A stretch of 63,289 nt of DNA, the filler included, from Phoronis australis (lineage: Eukaryota; Animalia; Phoronida), in the NCBI GenBank assembly GCA_002633005.1. It is 5 parts of 5 records of this genome, joined end to end, with 100 filler letters (N's around TTAATTAATTAA, not from the genome) between each part and the next. Parts side by side here need not be neighbours in the genome. Positions count along the whole stretch, not along the records: positions 53,291 to 63,289 come from NMRA01001773.1; 4 more parts are not named here. One strand, written 5' to 3'. Numbering within the stretch: the first letter of the stretch is position 1; every line of letters starts with the position of its first letter. This document shows positions 62,746-63,289 of this stretch, in pieces. A model generated the notes under the pieces. The model saw only the letters and a program-made list of their open reading frames with translations, did not search any database and was not told the DNA's origin. Position numbers and translations under genes: made by a program.

Positions 62746-62891
62746 ACTTGTTTGTTCTGGAAGTGTATCGTGGCTGGGACGTAACTGATGGCGATAACAA
62801 ATATTTCTGTGCAATCCGTGTGTACAAAGCAAACAAAATGAAGAGACATCAGTACCTGATGTGTACTCAAGAGAAAAAAGTGGCTTTAAAA
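62746..62891 (+). CDS. 146-bp exon (phase 1 to 0) of the candidate IL-1-like host gene
   Basis: CTTTTTTAACAG|AC...AAA|GTAAGT; encodes DLFVLEVYRGWDVTDGDNKYFCAIRVYKANKMKRHQYLMCTQEKKVALK. The next exon lies beyond the window. Confidence 0.75.
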
Positions 62892-63289
62892 GTAAGTAGA
62901 GATCGCATGATAATACTACACCTCTTCTTATCAGCCAAACTATAAAACTTTAAAATGTGATGGTGAAAATTTCCAGATGTGTAGGATTTTCGAGTCTGTT
63001 TTTGGGGTCTGCCTATCTCTGCACGAAACTGCTTCAAGCGGATCATTGGGACAATTTCCAGATGTGTTCCTGCCAAGAAGGCTACTCAGGTGATGTTGAT
63101 TTTCAGATGAAGCCACTACTGTGTGACGCACCCTGGCAGCAATGTTATCCAATGAATGAACAGATCACGACTGCCTCTATATCTTTGGATTTTCATGAAA
63201 TTCTCCAAATAGTTTTTTTTTAAGAAAATGATGACATCTTCCTGTTTTTGTACAGGTTTGACATATTCTGCTCAATCTGGTGGCCATTT

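Overview
Repeat-rich animal genomic DNA (spliceosomal introns; the transposon mix suggests a marine invertebrate), built from at least five contigs joined by artificial 100-bp N/TTAATTAATTAA/N linkers. Retroelements dominate: a near-complete Gmr1-type Ty3/Gypsy element (PR-INT-RT-RH order, SCAN-like capsid), a Mag-type Gypsy 5' end, a BEL/Pao pol fragment, a Penelope-like element with inverted pLTRs, a DIRS/Ngaro-like 5' fragment and several LINE fragments. Non-autonomous DNA elements include Helentron-associated HINE/DINE-like, pogo/mariner-like and AcademH-like families with 9-10 bp TSDs, plus several tandem arrays. Two host-gene pieces are missed or only partly shown by the ORF track: a probable last coding exon of low-specificity L-threonine aldolase (20872-21045) and four phase-compatible exons (60028-62891). 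The latter is the most interesting signal: its peptide motifs and 1-1-0 intron phases resemble the IL-1 family beta-trefoil, making it a candidate invertebrate IL-1-like cytokine. All homology calls are by eye and need database confirmation.
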